A DNA stretch of 64,000 nt from Malacoraja senta. Its lineage: Eukaryota. The notes below the pieces were generated by a model. That model had not been told where the DNA came from. It saw only the letters and a list, made by a program, of their open reading frames with translations, and searched no databases. The stretch is taken from contig CM075995.1 of the NCBI GenBank assembly GCA_038087875.1, positions 4,900,001 to 4,964,000 of the forward strand, given 5' to 3'. A program made the position numbers and the translations under genes. Positions 37,440 to 51,298 of the stretch are shown here, in pieces (the first letter of the stretch is position 1; each line of letters opens with the position of its first letter).

Positions 37440-38008
37440 TTTCCTCGGGATGGCGGGACTGTCATATGACGCAAGATTGGAAATCCTGGGCTTGTATTCA
37501 TTGGACTTTAGGATGAGAGGGAATCTTATAGAAACGTATAAAATTATAAAAGGACTGGACAAGCTAGATGCAGGAATGAATGAATGAATGAATGAATGAA
37601 TGAATGAGAAGAATGAATGAGAAGAATGAATAAGTTTATTGGGCAAGTATGTACACATGCAAGGAATTTGTCTTGGTGCTCCACTCACAAATAACAACAC
37701 GACATACAGTAACAATTAAGAATGACACATAAAACATTAAACATTAATAATATTAAAACTGAGATGAGAACAAATATTTTCACCCAGAGAGTTGTGAATT
37801 TGTGGAATTCTCTGCCACAGAAGGCAGTGGAGGTCAATTCACTGGATGAATTTAAAAGATAGATAGCGCTTTAGGGGCTAGCGGAATCAAGGGATATGGG
37901 GAAAAGGCAGGCACGGGTTACTGATTGTGGATGATCAGCCATGATCACAATGAATGGCTCGAAGGGCCAAATGGCCTCCTCCTGTACCTATTTTCTATGT
38001 TTCTATGA
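37440..38008 (+). mobile_element. CR1 3' fragment interrupted by a minus-strand LINE tail with (GAAT)n
   Basis: GMAGLSYDARLEILGLYSL; (gaat)n at 37574-37631; the CR1 resumes at about 37756. Confidence 0.8.
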
Positions 38009-38201
38009 TTGAGATGAATTTAGTCTCATTCCTCTGTGTGGGAGGTTGCAGTGTGATAATTGGCTGCAGTGTTCCTACATGGGTGACTACACTTTAGCAT
38101 TAACTGATTGGTTGGTGGATTGGGTTGTCTTCAGTTCATGAAAGTTGCAGTACCTATGAATTCATGTTCGTTTCTTAAAATTACTTCATAACATCCAAAT
38201 T

Positions 38202-38515
38202 GGGCAGCACGGTGGCTCAGAGGTAGAGTTGCTGCCTTACAGCACCGAGACCCGGGATCGATCCTGACTATGGGTGCTGTCTGTACGGAGTTTGTACGTT
38301 CTCCCCGTGATCTGCGTGGGTTTTCTCCCGATGCTCCGGTTTCCTCCCACACTCCAAAGATGTACAGGTTTGTTGGCTAATTTGCTTGGTAAAGTTGTAA
38401 AAATTGTCCCTAGTATGTGTAGGACAGTGTTAGTGTGTGGGGACAGCTGATCGGCACGGATTCGGTGGGCGAAAGGGCCTGTTTCCGCGCTGTATCTCTA
38501 TACTAAACTAAACTA
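38202..38515 (+). mobile_element. HE1-like SINE
   Basis: A/B boxes, V core and tail. Confidence 0.88.
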
Positions 38516-40046
38516 TCACTTATTTGCAAATGACGAGGTAAGTTGTAATATGAGTACAAATAAATGATTCAGAGATGTGTAGCAGGGCATTAACCCAGGA
38601 TTTATCTAGTTATTGTACCCAATCCCAACTCCAACTCCCAAACACACCGTGTGAGCAATACCAGGTGTTTCTTGTAAGCAGCAGAATGCTGATTCCTGTA
38701 GCCCTGCAAATGTATTTAACCGAGATACAGCAACAAATACGTAAAGCAAAATCAGCCAAAGAAATGTAATTCTGACCATGAGGCACAAAGTGCTGGAGTA
38801 ACTCAGGCAGCATCTCTGGAGAACAAAGATAGGTGATGTATCGGGCCGAGATCCTCCATCAGACTGACCTTGAGACTCCGTTCATCTTTTCAAAAGATTT
38901 TCAAGCTCAAAGGGATATGTATTATGAGCCAGGCGCTGGCAAACTAGCTTAGATGGGCATGGACCAGTTGGGCTGATGGAGCTGATTCCATGCAGTGTGA
39001 TTCTCATGACTCTTATGATATCCAATATTCATTAGGACTGGCATGGAAATTATGGGTTATATGACCTTCAGTGTTAGAAATCTTCTGTGATTCACCATTT
39101 CCTTGGCTCTGGTCATGAACTGTAAGTTGCTGCTTTATAGCGCCAGAGACCCAGGTTCGATCCTGACTAAGGATGCTGTCTGTACGGAGTTTGTACATTC
39201 TGTGACCGCGTGGGTTTTCTCCGGGTTTCCTCCCACATTTTCTGTGGGCAACTGTATCATCAACATAGACAATGTTTATGTGGTCCAATTTCATTTGTTG
39301 ATTATTTATAGAACTTGTTTGTCAAAGGAAAATAATTAATTTCCTTTCAAGCTTCATAAGAATTGCTTCTATAAGCTAAGTTTGGGAGAGTAAGTCAGTA
39401 GTTGTGGGAGAGCATGTCTAAGCTTTGCACTCATGAATTTGAGATCGGAAGATTATTAAGTAGAGGATATATATTTAAGGAAAATAGCGCATGAATTTTT
39501 TTTGTGAGCTGTAACTCCATTTTCATATAATGGTAAATAATCCATTTACTTACAAGACCTGTGGCGCAGCGGTAGAGTTGCTGCCAGGGAAATGGACAGA
39601 TGACAACAGTCTCAAAGATCCCCACCTAAAACATCATCCAGCACTTTGTTTTTTCGTTTGTGGCCTTAACTAATGTTTTATAAAGATTCTATTGTTTGTA
39701 TTCTCTCTTATTTATGAAGTGCCAGGTGTCAGAGGATACGGAGAGAAGGCAGGAGAAGTGCCAGGTGTTAGGAGGGAGAGATAGATCAGCCATGATTGAA
39801 TGGCAGAGTAGAGTTGATGGGCCGAATGGCCTAATTCTACTCCTATCTCTTATGACCTTAAGTCTCAAATGGTTTCATACTGTATTTAGTTTAATAATTA
39901 CTGAATTAACTGCTCTCTCAACATGTCCTGCTGGTGTTAAAGTGCATAAGTGCACATACACACAGGCACATTCTGGACATCTGCACAACTGTATCTTGTA
40001 ACCTGTACTCTCTTTCCTCATTCTTTCTGCTGACCACATAGATAGT

Positions 40047-40376
40047 GGGTGGCACGGTGGCGCAGCGGTGGAGTTGCTGCCTTAACAGTGCTTACAGCGT
40101 CAGAGACCCGGGTTCAATCCTGACTAAGGGTGCCTTCTGTACGGAGTTTGTACGTTCTCCCCGTGACCAGCGTGGGTTTTCTCCGAGATCGGTTTCTTCC
40201 CACATTCCAAAGACATACACGGTTGTAGGTTAATTGGCTGGGTACATGTAAAAATTGTCCCTAGTGGGTGTAGGATAGTGTTAATATGCAGGGATCGCTG
40301 GTCGGCGCAGACCCGGTGGGCCGAAGGGCCTGTTTCCGTGCTGTATCTCTAAACTAAAACTAAACTAAACTAAACT
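40047..40376 (+). mobile_element. HE1-like SINE
   Basis: A/B boxes, V core and tail; its 5' part belongs to the inverted duplication. Confidence 0.88.
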
Positions 40377-43300
40377 ATCTGCTTTCAATTGGATATTGCA
40401 GATGTAAAAACGGACCTCTTCAATGATTCCTCAGAGAACAAGGCAACAGCTGTCATCCACATTCAGGCCTCATTATCTATTTTGTTGAAGGTAGCAAAGC
40501 AGATCTAGTAGTAGGTCTGACGAAGGGTCTCGACCTGTAATGCCCTTATCCTTCTCTCCAGAGATGCTGCCTGCAATTCCTTTTCTCCAGAGATGCTGCC
40601 TGTCCCGCTGAGTTACTGCAGCATTTTGTGTCTATCTGCGGTGTAAGTTTAGTTTAATTTAGTTTATTGTACAGTGAAAGGCTTTTTGTTGCATGCTATC
40701 CAGTCAACAGAAAGACAATACATGATTACAATCGAGCCGTTTTCAGTGTATAGATGCATGATAAGGGCATAACGTTTAGTGCATGGTTAAGCCAGCAAAG
40801 TCCGATCAAGGATCTGCATTTCCTTCCTACACAGATCTAGTGGTGTATGAATCTAAGTATGATTTGTGTTGTTGTTGCTTTTGTTCATTTTGCATTTGAA
40901 GCAGGTGGGTTGTTAATGTAGCTTTGTGAAAATTGCCGGGGAAGGGAGATTGGGTAAAGTTTTCATGAAATGAAATACGGTGAAGCCTGCAATAATGGTG
41001 AAGCAATTTCAGCAACAATTTGGATTAATGCCAACATGTAGACATGGTGAGGATGTGTCAAAAGTGTGAAGGATTATGACTAAGTGCAAAGCCTATTCAA
41101 AGAGCTTCAGCAAACACATGTTAAAATTCTGATCTTCGAGGGTGTCAAATCAATTTTGAATGTAGTCCAGGCCAAGGTTGCATTGCTTGCCGTAAATGCC
41201 ATAGCCTCGGAATAAAAGGAAGTACTTTTAGAAAGGAGATGAGGAGGAATTTCTTTAGTCAGAGGGTGGTGAATCTGTGGAATTCGTTGCCACAGACGGC
41301 TGTGGAGGCCAAGTCAATGGATCATTTTATGGCGGAGTTTGACAGATTCTTGATTAGTACGGATGACAGGGGTTTTGGAGAGAAGGCAGGAGAATGGGGT
41401 TAAGAGGGAGAGATAGATCAGTCATGATTGAATAGTGTAGACTTCATGGGCCGAATGGCCTAAATCTGCTCATAGAACTTAATTGGTTTAAGGTCAAGGA
41501 GAAAAGATTTAATAGGAATCTGAGAGGTAAATTTTTCACACAAAGGTGTATGGAACAAGCTGCCAGAGGAGGTGGTTGAGGCTGGGACTATCCCAATGTT
41601 TAAGAAACAGTTAGACAAGTACATAGATAGACAGGTTTGAAGGGATATGGACCAAACGTGGGCAGGTGGGACTAGTTTAGCAGGGACATGTTTGCCGGTG
41701 TGGGCAAGTTGGGCCGAAGGGCCTGTTTCCACACTGTATCGCTCTAACTCTATGACTTGTGAACTTATTTAAATATAGCACTGGAAAATCTGTAAAATAC
41801 CATCAAGCTCTCTAGCTTTGGAATATATTTCTCATTCACATCATTTTGTACAATCTGAGATTCAAATTAATACCAGAGTGTGTTATTTATAAACTTTGTT
41901 GTTTAATAAAGAGAGCTCAGATTTTTTTTCCTGTCAAAATGTTGTTGAACCAATTAGTTATTGCTTGAATAACTGCTGTGGAAGTCACCAAAGCAGACCT
42001 GGTATTTGTAAATATTTTATTTTTTATTTTTACAGCGCTGAAACAGGCCCTTCGGCCCACTGAGTCCATGTCGGCCACCAATCACCCTTTCGTACACTAG
42101 TTCTACACACTTTCTACACACCAGTTGCAAATGTGGAGTTTTTGAACCCATCATCGACTGGAACTCTCATTTTTAAGGGCAAAGGCTTTTAGTGTAGCAA
42201 ACCATCGATCACCTGTTCACACTTATTTTGTGTTATCCCACTTTCACTAAATGTCCCGACGCACTAGGGGCAATTTACAGAAGCCAATTAGCCTACAAAC
42301 CCACATGTTATGGGATATGGGAGGAAACCGGAGCATCTGGAGGAAATGCACGTGGTCACAGGGAGAACGTGAAACTCCACGCAGACAGCACTCGAGGTCA
42401 GGGTCATAAAGTCATAAGTGATAGGAGCATAATTAGGCTATTCGGCCCATCAAGTCTGCTCCGCCATTCAATCATGGCTGATCTATCTCTCCCTCCTAAC
42501 CCCATTCTCCTGCCTTCTCCCCATAAACGCTGACACCCGTACTAATCAAGAATCTATCTATCGCTGCCTTAAAAATATCCATTGACTTGGTGTCCACAGC
42601 CTTCTGTGGCAAAAAATTCCACAGATTCACCACCATCTGACTAAAGAAATTTCTCCTCATCTCCTTCCTAAAAGAATGTCCATTAATTCTGGGGCTATGA
42701 CCTCTAGTCCTAGACTCTCCCACTTGTGGAAACATCCACTCCACATCCACTCTATCCAAGCCTTTCACTCGAATCGAGGACTCCGTTGCTGTGTGGCATC
42801 TTTGGGATGTGGGTGGAAACCGGAGCACCACTGTGAGATTGGTGTTGGGCCCGCTGTACTTTGTGCTTTACATGTGGGTGGCATGGTAGATAGTGAAGGA
42901 GGTTATCAAAAATTGCAGCAGGATCTTGGTCAGGTGGGCTGAGTCATGGTTAATGCAGTTTAATACAGATAAGTGTCAGTTGATAATACTGATAAGTGTG
43001 ACTTGTTGCATTTTTGGAAGTCAAACCAGGGCAGGACCTTCACTGTGAATTGGAGGGAGGAATGTTTTTCTGAAGTACTTTACTCATACAGAGTGGAAAC
43101 AGGCCCTTTGGCTAAACTTGCCCACACCGACCAACATGTCCCCTCTACACTAGTCCCATCGGCCTTCATTTGGCCCATATCCCACTGAACCTATCCTATC
43201 CCTGTACCTGTCTAAATGTTTCTTCAATGTTTCTTCAAATGTTTTTCCCACCCCCCCTCACCTTAAACCTAGATCCTCAATTCCTCTACTCTGGGCAAGA

Positions 43301-43606
43301 GACTATGCGGATCGCTGGTCGGCGCGGACTCGGTGGGCTGAAGAGCCTGTTTCCACCCTGTATCACTAAACTAAAACTAAGACTCTATGCATTTACCCAA
43401 TTTATTCCTCTTACGATTGTGTACACAAAATCATGATTTAATTCCGAAGGAATAAAATTAGTGATTCAGAAGGAAGGTAGTTGACTGCAGCGTGGCTAAT
43501 GTTGACAGTGGATAATGTTATCTGGAACTGATGTGCTTCAGCTTTGAACTTGGGTGGTTGAGCGGAGTTGACAGAACTGATTGTTGAAGATAGGATTTGT
43601 ATTTTT

Positions 43607-44911
43607 TTTAAATTAAAAAAATATATATATTTATTTTTATTAGAAGTCATATACAGTGGTGTACACAATTCAGATGTAATATAATACATTTCATATACAA
43701 CTTCTTGTTTTTAAATTTAATAATAATAATAAAAAAAGTAATAGAAGCAAAAAGAGAGAAAAAAAAAGGTTAGGTAGAGTGGTGAAAGTGATAGTTCGTG
43801 AAAAATACAAGAAAAAGAGAGATAAGAAGAGAGAGAGGGAAAAAACCCAGAAAAGATAAACAAAAAAATAAATAAAAATAAAATAAAAGGGATATACCTA
43901 CTTCGTATCTTTGCGCACCCCTCACCCAGTTCTGAAACAGTTCATTTCCAGGGTTATGTTGCACCATATGCTTGTAATAAGTCGATAAATGGAGACCAAA
44001 TCTTTAAGAATTGATCTGATTTGCCTGCTAGGACGAATCTCATATCTTCTAGGTGTAACAATTCAGACATGTTTGAAATCCACATTTTAAGCGTTGGTGT
44101 TGGTGCATTTTTCCAGAATTGTAATATGTTTTTTTGCCATTATTAAGCCATAGTTAAGGAAACTCTCTTGGAACGAAGTCAGCTCAGGGCCGGGCTCCAT
44201 TGTTCCAAAGATAATCAATTCTGCGTTAGGGTTCAATTTTGTTTTAAATACTTTTGTAAAAATCTTGAAGATTTCCTTCCAAAACTTCTGAAGTTTTATG
44301 CAAAAAACAAAAGAGTGTGCTATAGTTGCATCTTGAGATGAGCATTTATCGCAGATGGGGGACACATTTGGGAATATTTTATTCAGTTTAGTTTTTGAGT
44401 AATCTAATCTGTGTAAAATTTTTAATTGAATTAAGATATGTCTTACATTTATCGAGCATTTATGTACATATAGCAAATATTTATCCCATCTGTCTTTCAA
44501 GATATTTATAGATAATTCTTGTTCCCAATCTCTTCTAATTGCATCAGACAGTGGTATCTCTATGTTTAAATTGGTATTATACAAATATGATATTAAATTA
44601 GTGGAATCCGCCTTTCTGTTCATAGCTTCACCTAATATATCTGAAGTCAAAGTTTTATGTTAAATCAACTTTCAAATTAAGGAATCTATTGCGTCTTTCT
44701 TCTATTGTTAACAATCCGTCGTTTAAACCATCTATTATCGATAAAACGTTTATACACTGGGAAAGAATAGGAATTAAAACGTTTGGAGAAATGTATGAAA
44801 TGGGAAACCTTTTATCATTCCAACAATTACAACTCAAATATAACCTGAAAAGTAATCAATATTTTAAATATCTTCAAATCCGTGACTACTTGAAAAAACA
44901 TACAAAAGGAT
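43607..44911 (-). mobile_element. L1 (fish-type) 3' fragment with 5' inversion and 15-bp TSD
   Basis: ORF2 C-terminus WEQEL...QLKILHR...CDKC...HSFVFC..LQKFW on the minus strand. The upstream ORF2 segment lies inverted on the plus strand (44659-44911). TSD aggatttgtattttt at 43592-43606 / 44907-44921. Confidence 0.92.
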
Positions 44912-45910
44912 TTGTATTTTTATGTCTTCAGCTTTCGCTTTTGATTCTTGTGGGGTTTTGGAAGTGTATAGCAAAATATACCTGAAAGAGACAGATTTCA
45001 TTTTGCCCCGTCATTAGAAGGTCAACCATGAAGAATTTACATTTCATTTATTTTGCTTTGAGAATGCCACACGTAGATTCTAAGAAGCGAATGTAGTTGG
45101 CTGGCCTGTTTTATCTGTTTGTGGAACGCACTGTGGAATGCAAAATATAGTCTTTTCATTATTAAAGTGCTCTAGCTCTGTAGAGGATGACTAGATTAAA
45201 ACGGGTAATGATAACAAAACATGTACAATCATGGCTGTATTCATTAGAATTAACACTTGTCTTCCAGGTCATCACAGTCATAGGGTCACAAAGTCTTACA
45301 GCGTGGAAACAGGGCCTTCCGACCCTCTTGCCCACACATGTCCCATCTATACTAGTCCCACCTGCCTGCATTTGGGCCATATCCCTCTAAACCCGTCCTA
45401 TCCATGCACCTGTCTAAATGATTCTTAAACATTGCAAAAGTACCTGCCTCAACTCCCTCCTCCGGCAGCACGTTCCATACACCCACCACCCTTTGCTTGA
45501 AAAAGTTACTCCTCGGGTTCCTATTAAATCTTTCCCCTGTCACCTTAAACCTATGTCCTCTGGTTCTCAAGTCATACCACAGATCGGTACATTTCTCAAA
45601 GAGATAAGACTGACCAAACTGCATCAGCATCCTGGAATCCACAGCCTGCCTTCACAAAGCAAAATACATGAAATGTGGTTTCTTCACGGTTGACCTTTTA
45701 TGTGGAGCTTTAATGACGGGGAAAAATAAAATCTGACTCTTTCATGTAGACCTTATTCTACTGCAGGGAGAATATTCAAGTTTTGGTAAATCCATGTCTT
45801 GTTCCAAGTCATGAAGAAATGATCTCATCTTGACCATCCTTGTGTCTCGATAGTTAAATTATGTCTATTGACTCCGATTGTATGCTGTGTCTACACAAAT
45901 CCCGTTCTTT

Positions 45911-46271
45911 TTTTCCTTCTTTTTTTTCTTTCTTTTTTTAAAAATATTTTAATTTTATTAGAAGTAAGTACAATTGTATACAATCATATTTTCATAATAC
46001 ATTTTATGTACAGCTTATTTTTTTATTATAATAAAGAAGAAAAGAAAAAGAAATTAGATAATGAAGTATAGAAAATTGTGAGATATAAAGTGTGTGGAGA
46101 AGAAAAATAGAGAGTGAAAGAGGAAAGTTAAAGAGTAGAAAATAGGAAAAAGAGAATAAAAGAAAAAAAGGAAGAAAAAGAAAAAAGAAGTAAGGAGATC
46201 TTATTTATAATCTTGACCATCCCTCGCCCAGTCACGAGTTAGCTTTTACAATTGTGTTGCACCATATGATT
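45911..46271 (-). mobile_element. L1 3' UTR fragment with 17-bp TSD
   Basis: Similar to the 3' UTR of the L1 at 43607. T-rich tail on the + strand. TSD cacaaatcccgttcttt at 45894-45910 / 46272-46288, with a TTT/AA-type target. Confidence 0.85.
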
Positions 46272-49064
46272 CACAAATCCCGTTCTTTAATATTATAAAC
46301 CAACTTTGGTTTAAGCAGTAAGCACAGGTAATTTTCCAGTGTGTACCTTCTGGAGCCAGTGATAACCAGTTAATGTCAAAGATAGACACAAAATGCTGGA
46401 GTAACTCAGCGGGACAGGCAGCATCTCTGGGTAGAAGGAATGAAGTAAATGTCGGCCTGATTCTATCTATCAAAGTCTGAAGGATCCCAACCCGAAACGT
46501 CACCTATCCATGTTCTCCAGGGATGCTGCCTGACCCGCTGTTACTCCAGCACTTGGTATCTTTCCATGATTCTATCATCTCCCCTTTTGTCCCCAAGAGC
46601 TACAAGCTTGAAACTTTATAAAAAAAACAAGGATATTACCAGGACTTTTCGCGAGGATATTGCCAGGACTTAAGGGGCAGCGCAATAGAGAGAGGGGCAC
46701 AGGAGGATGAGGGGTGATCTTATAGAGGTGTATAAGATGATGGGAGGAATAGATAGGGCGAATGCACAGTCTTTTTATCCAGAGTACGGGAATCAAGAAC
46801 CAGAGGACATACATTTAAGATTAGAGGGAAAAGATTTAATAAGAATCTGAGGGTCAACTTTTTCACACAGTGAGTGGTGGGGATATGGAACAAGCTGCCA
46901 GAGGACGTAGTTGAGGCAGGCACAATAACATCAATCAGACAGGTACAAGGATAGAAAAGGTTTAAAGGGACATGGACCAAATATGGCAGATGGGACTTGC
47001 GTAGATGAGGCATTTTGGTCGGCATGGGCAAGTTGGCCCGACGGGCCAGATTCTGTGCTGTATGATTCTATGACCTATCCATGTTCCCCAGAGATGTTAC
47101 CTGATCTACTGAGTTACTCCAGCGCTTTGTGTCTTTTTTTTTGTAAACCAGCATCTGCAGTCTAAAAAAACCCTTCCCATTCATTGCACAGGTTACTGTC
47201 ATAAGTTTTTATAATTCAGGGCAGCGTGCGCTTCACCCACTGTAAAGTGCCTGTGGTGTTGTTCTATTGTTACGAGCTGGGTATTTGCGATCCATTGTGG
47301 CCAGCACTGCAGCGATTGTGTTGAACATGCCACAGGCAGCAGTGCATCTTGTTGGAAATAGCTGTGGCTATGGTTAAATGGTTTACATAATTATCGTGTC
47401 GCACCCCACTGCTGCTGCCTCATACCACAGTCACACGCTACTCCTTGCATGCCTGCCCCAGCATCTTCCTGTAATGTTGAGCCATTTCTCATGAATTTCT
47501 ATGCCCTATTGCATCTGCTGGTTTAGCAAGGGAAAGGGTGCTTGTGAGGCTGAGAAAAGTCGGCATGATTCAGACCTTACCTCACAAAGAGTGGTGGGTG
47601 TATGGAATGAGCTGCCGGAGGTAGTTGAGGCAGGGACTATGGCAATGTTAAGCAGCAATTAGACAGGTACATGGGTAGGCAGGTGTAGAGGGATATGATC
47701 AAACGCAGGCCAGTGGGACTAGTATAGATGGGACAAGTTGGTCGGTGTGGGCAGGTTGGGCCGAAGGGCCAGTTTCTGGCGCTGTAAGACTTTATGACTA
47801 TGACTTTTACTTTAGGTTTTACAGATACCACGAAGAAACAGGCCCTTTGGCCCACTGACCAGCGATCACCCCATACACTAGCACTAGCCTACACACGAGG
47901 AACAATTTACCCAATTTTACTGAAGCCAATTAACCTGCAAACCTCTAGGTCTTTGAAGGGTGGGAGGAAACCGGAGCACCTGAGAATATCCGTGATTAGT
48001 ATGGCTGCCAAATTTACGGGGAGAAGGAAGGAGAATGAGGTTAAGAGGGAATAATGGCCTAATTCTGTTATATCTTATGATCTTATGATTTGTACATTAA
48101 TTGTCCTCCAAATTTCTCAAAGTAAAATCTTGCAATTAACAAATTAGGTACCTTCGAAATGATACAGTAATTTGTGATGGGTGCCAATCAACCACCCTTG
48201 CCAGTTAAAAATGCGGAGACCTATTTCTTTAGGGAGTAATTGTTATTGCATATTTTTAAAGTGTCAAATGTCAAACCTTCAGCACATATGTACACATTAG
48301 AGAAAACGTTTTTCTGTTAATTTCTTGATATTTTTCTTCCCAGTTTGTTATTTACTTTTGTAACCGTTTTGATATTGAATTAACCGTACTAGTTGCAGTC
48401 CTTAAATCTTAATTTTGGTTAATTTGATAAACATATTGTAGAGCTGCTACCTCATGGCCCCAGGGACCTAGGTTCTCTCCTGATCTCAGATGCTGTCTGT
48501 GTGGAGTTTGCACCTTCTCCGTATGACTAGAGGTCATAGCATCAGAATTAAAGGATGCTCTTTTAGGGAAGAGATGAGGAGAAATTCCTGTAATCAGGTA
48601 GTGAATCTGTTGAATTCTTTGCCACAGAAGGCTGTAGAGGACGTCAATGGATATTTTTCAGGCAGAGTTCGATAGATTCTCGATTAGTTCAGGTTATGGA
48701 GAGAAGGCTGGAATGGGGTTAGGAGGGAGAGATAGATCAGCCATGATTGAATGGCGGAGTAGACTTGATGGGCCGAATGGCCTATTTCTACTCCTATCCC
48801 TTACGACCTTGTGACCGCGTGGGTCTCCACCAGGTGCTCCCACATCCCAATGACGTGTGGGCTTTGTCGGTTAATTGGCCTCTGTAAATTACTCCCAGTG
48901 TGTAGGGAGTGGATGCGGACATACAAACTTCACAAAGACAGCACCCGTGGTCAGGATCGAACCCTGGTCTCTGGCGATGTGAGGCAGCAGATCTACTGTG
49001 ACGCCACCGTGCCTTCCCTTCGGTTGTACTTTTACTTCTATATTAAGAATAAAATGTGGACTTA

Positions 49065-49310
49065 TGGGCCTGTCCCACATAGGCGATTTTTTTAGGCAAC
49101 TACAGGCGACTAGTTTGTCGCCACATGTTCGCCGGTGGTCGCTGGGATTAGTCTCATGAGTCTCGCAAAAAGTCGTAGCGTCTTTCTGGTCGCCGCTAAA
49201 CTTTCAACATGTTGGAAAAAATGTTGCCGACAGTGGGTTTGACGCCAATGAGCGTAGCTTGACTTCTCCTGACGTAGGTGCGGTCGTAGGTTGTTGCCAG
49301 GATGACGTAG
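49065..49310 (+). mobile_element. Truncated Harbinger-like MITE
   Basis: Starts tta|tgggcctgtcccac, like the TIR of the 11795 element; CpG-rich body. Confidence 0.55.
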
Positions 49311-49311
49311 G

Positions 49312-49675
49312 TTGGAAGAGTGTCCATCACCCAGTTGATGGCCTTCCAGCAACACTCGACGTCCGTCTCCGAATGTGTCCCTGGGAACTGTCCACAAATC
49401 AGAGTCCTCTGTTAATTATAAACTGTTCAGGATAAACTGTGACAAGGACCCTTGCATCCTTCTCCAGACTCTCTTTGCAAATTCACACTCTGCGAAGCGG
49501 TGGGCAGCCGTGAGCCAGTAGTAATATTCATGTTCATAAGTGATCGGAGCAGAGTTAGGCCATTCGGCCCAACATTCTCGTAAACCTCCTCTGGACCTAC
49601 TCCAGTGCCAGCACATCCTTCCTCAGATTCCAACAGTGCAAGAAGGATCTGACTGGGAGGACCCTCACACTGCCA
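49312..49675 (-). mobile_element. Tx1-clade LINE ORF2 C-terminal fragment, interrupted
   Basis: TAAHRFAECEFAKRVWRRMQGSLSQFILNS and, in another frame, PGTHSETDVECCWKAINWV (zf-RVT-like region). A CR1 tail piece is inserted at about 49525-49572. Confidence 0.7.
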
Positions 49676-50037
49676 ATATCTTATAGAAACATATCAAATT
49701 CTTAAGGAATTGCACAGGCTAGATGCAGGAAAAAAATGTTCCCCATGTTGGGGGAGTCCAGAACCAGGGGTCACAGTTTAAGAATAAGAGGTCGGCCATT
49801 TAGGACTGAGATGAGGAAAAACTTTTTCTCCCAGAGAGTTGTGAATCTGTGGAATTCTCTGCACAGAAGGCAGTGGAGGACAATTCACTGGATGTATTCA
49901 AGGGAGAGTTAGATATAGCTGTTAGGGCTAACTGAATCAAGGGATATGGGGAGAAAGCAGGAAAGCTTGCTAAATGGATCATGGATGAGGCATTTGGGGA
50001 AGTTCTGACAGGTTAAACCTCAGCAAATATTTTTTTA

Positions 50038-50342
50038 GTTTAGTTTAGCTTAGTGTGGAGATGCAGCGCAGAAACAGGCCCTTCGGCCCCCCGTGTCCGT
50101 GCCGACCTGCAATCACCGCACATTAACACTACCCGACACACACTCGGGACAATTTTACCAAGCCAATTATCCTACAAATCTCTACATCTTTGGAGTGTGG
50201 TAGGAAACCAGAGATCCCGGAGAAAACCAATGCAGGTCATGGGAAGAATGTACAAACTGTGTGGAGACAGCACCCGTAGTCGGGATCCAACCTGGGTTTC
50301 TGCCGCTGTAAGGCCGCAACTCTACTGCTCGAGCAATGTCAC
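50038..50342 (-). mobile_element. HE1-like SINE
   Basis: Reverse-complement SINE consensus. Confidence 0.85.
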
Positions 50343-51187
50343 CTTATTTTTCCAATAATTTAGTGTCCTCTGCTTCTGGGGAAAGTGACAGCGTGTAATT
50401 TGACTGAATGGATCTTGAATTGAACATTTTCATCACGCAATTCCATTTATTTTTCCATAAATCCAACCCTGCCACATCATTTACATGTCTTAATCCACAT
50501 AGGAATTTGGAGTGTAAGAAGTAAATTATTCAACAGAGCTATCAGATTTGAAGGAAGTTAATTCCATGTGGAAATTAAATTAAATCACTTGCAGCTGCAC
50601 GACACACACAGACCCAGATTACTCGTTGCGTCATAGATAGAGTCATACAGAAGGGAAACAGGCCCTTCGGTCCAACCGGTCTATGCTGACCAAGATTCTC
50701 CATCTATGCTAGTTCCACCAGCCCTACATTTGGCCCATTGAGGGGTGTGGATCACATGCAGGCGCAGATTAGTTTAACTTGACATCATGTTCAGCACGGA
50801 CATTGTGGGCCGAAGGGCCTGTTCCCGTGTCCGATGTTAAACCTCTTGCATAAATACAAGACTACATTGGACACATTATTCCATGTGATGAGGTCTGTAC
50901 GGAAAAAATCCGCTTCAATAAGTCATCTGAGTTTTATTGACGCAGTATAAAACCTACAGCTGTTGCTTCAATGCTTTTTATAATAACGATGCGATTATAG
51001 TTCAGTATCTAGGACAAATGCAAATCATTCGGCAGCGGTATTAACTGTTCTGACGCATTTCTAAAATAGAGACGTAACAGTTTTAAAGCATGTTATAATA
51101 TTTAGGTATTTCAAAACCGTAAAATGTTGCCCTATTTTAGTGAGTGCGTACGCCCACTTTGACCCAAATGATCTTTGTGTTTTGCAG

Positions 51188-51298
51188 TTCTGTGCGGAGT
51201 TGAATCAGCCCATGTTACCAAATGTTCGGAAATGGAAAGGTCCCAGAGGATGCTGGAAGTGTGCGGTATCCGAGAAACCATCTGTACAAATGCTCAAG
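51188..51298 (+). CDS. EEPD1: EEPD1 internal coding exon (111 bp): FCAELNQPMLPNVRKWKGPRGCWKCAVSEKPSVQMLK
   Basis: Acceptor tttgtgttttgcag and donor AAG|gtaagt; 37 codons, phase 0/0. Near-identical to recalled EEPD1 FCTELNQPTLPNIRKWKGPRGCWKAVVAEKPS. Confidence 0.96.

Larger units (their letters stand above)
36730..40190. repeat. About 600-bp inverted duplication (36730-37335 vs 39586-40190)
   Basis: Near-identical reverse complements including non-repeat sequence. ORFs 36920-37225 (-) and 39696-40001 (+) differ at only two residues. Confidence 0.93.

Noticed and set aside
36920..40001. Duplicated 101-aa gene pair (36920-37225 minus; 39696-40001 plus)
   Set aside because: Both ORFs start at TTG, are partly CR1 3' UTR, and are identical only because of the inverted duplication.
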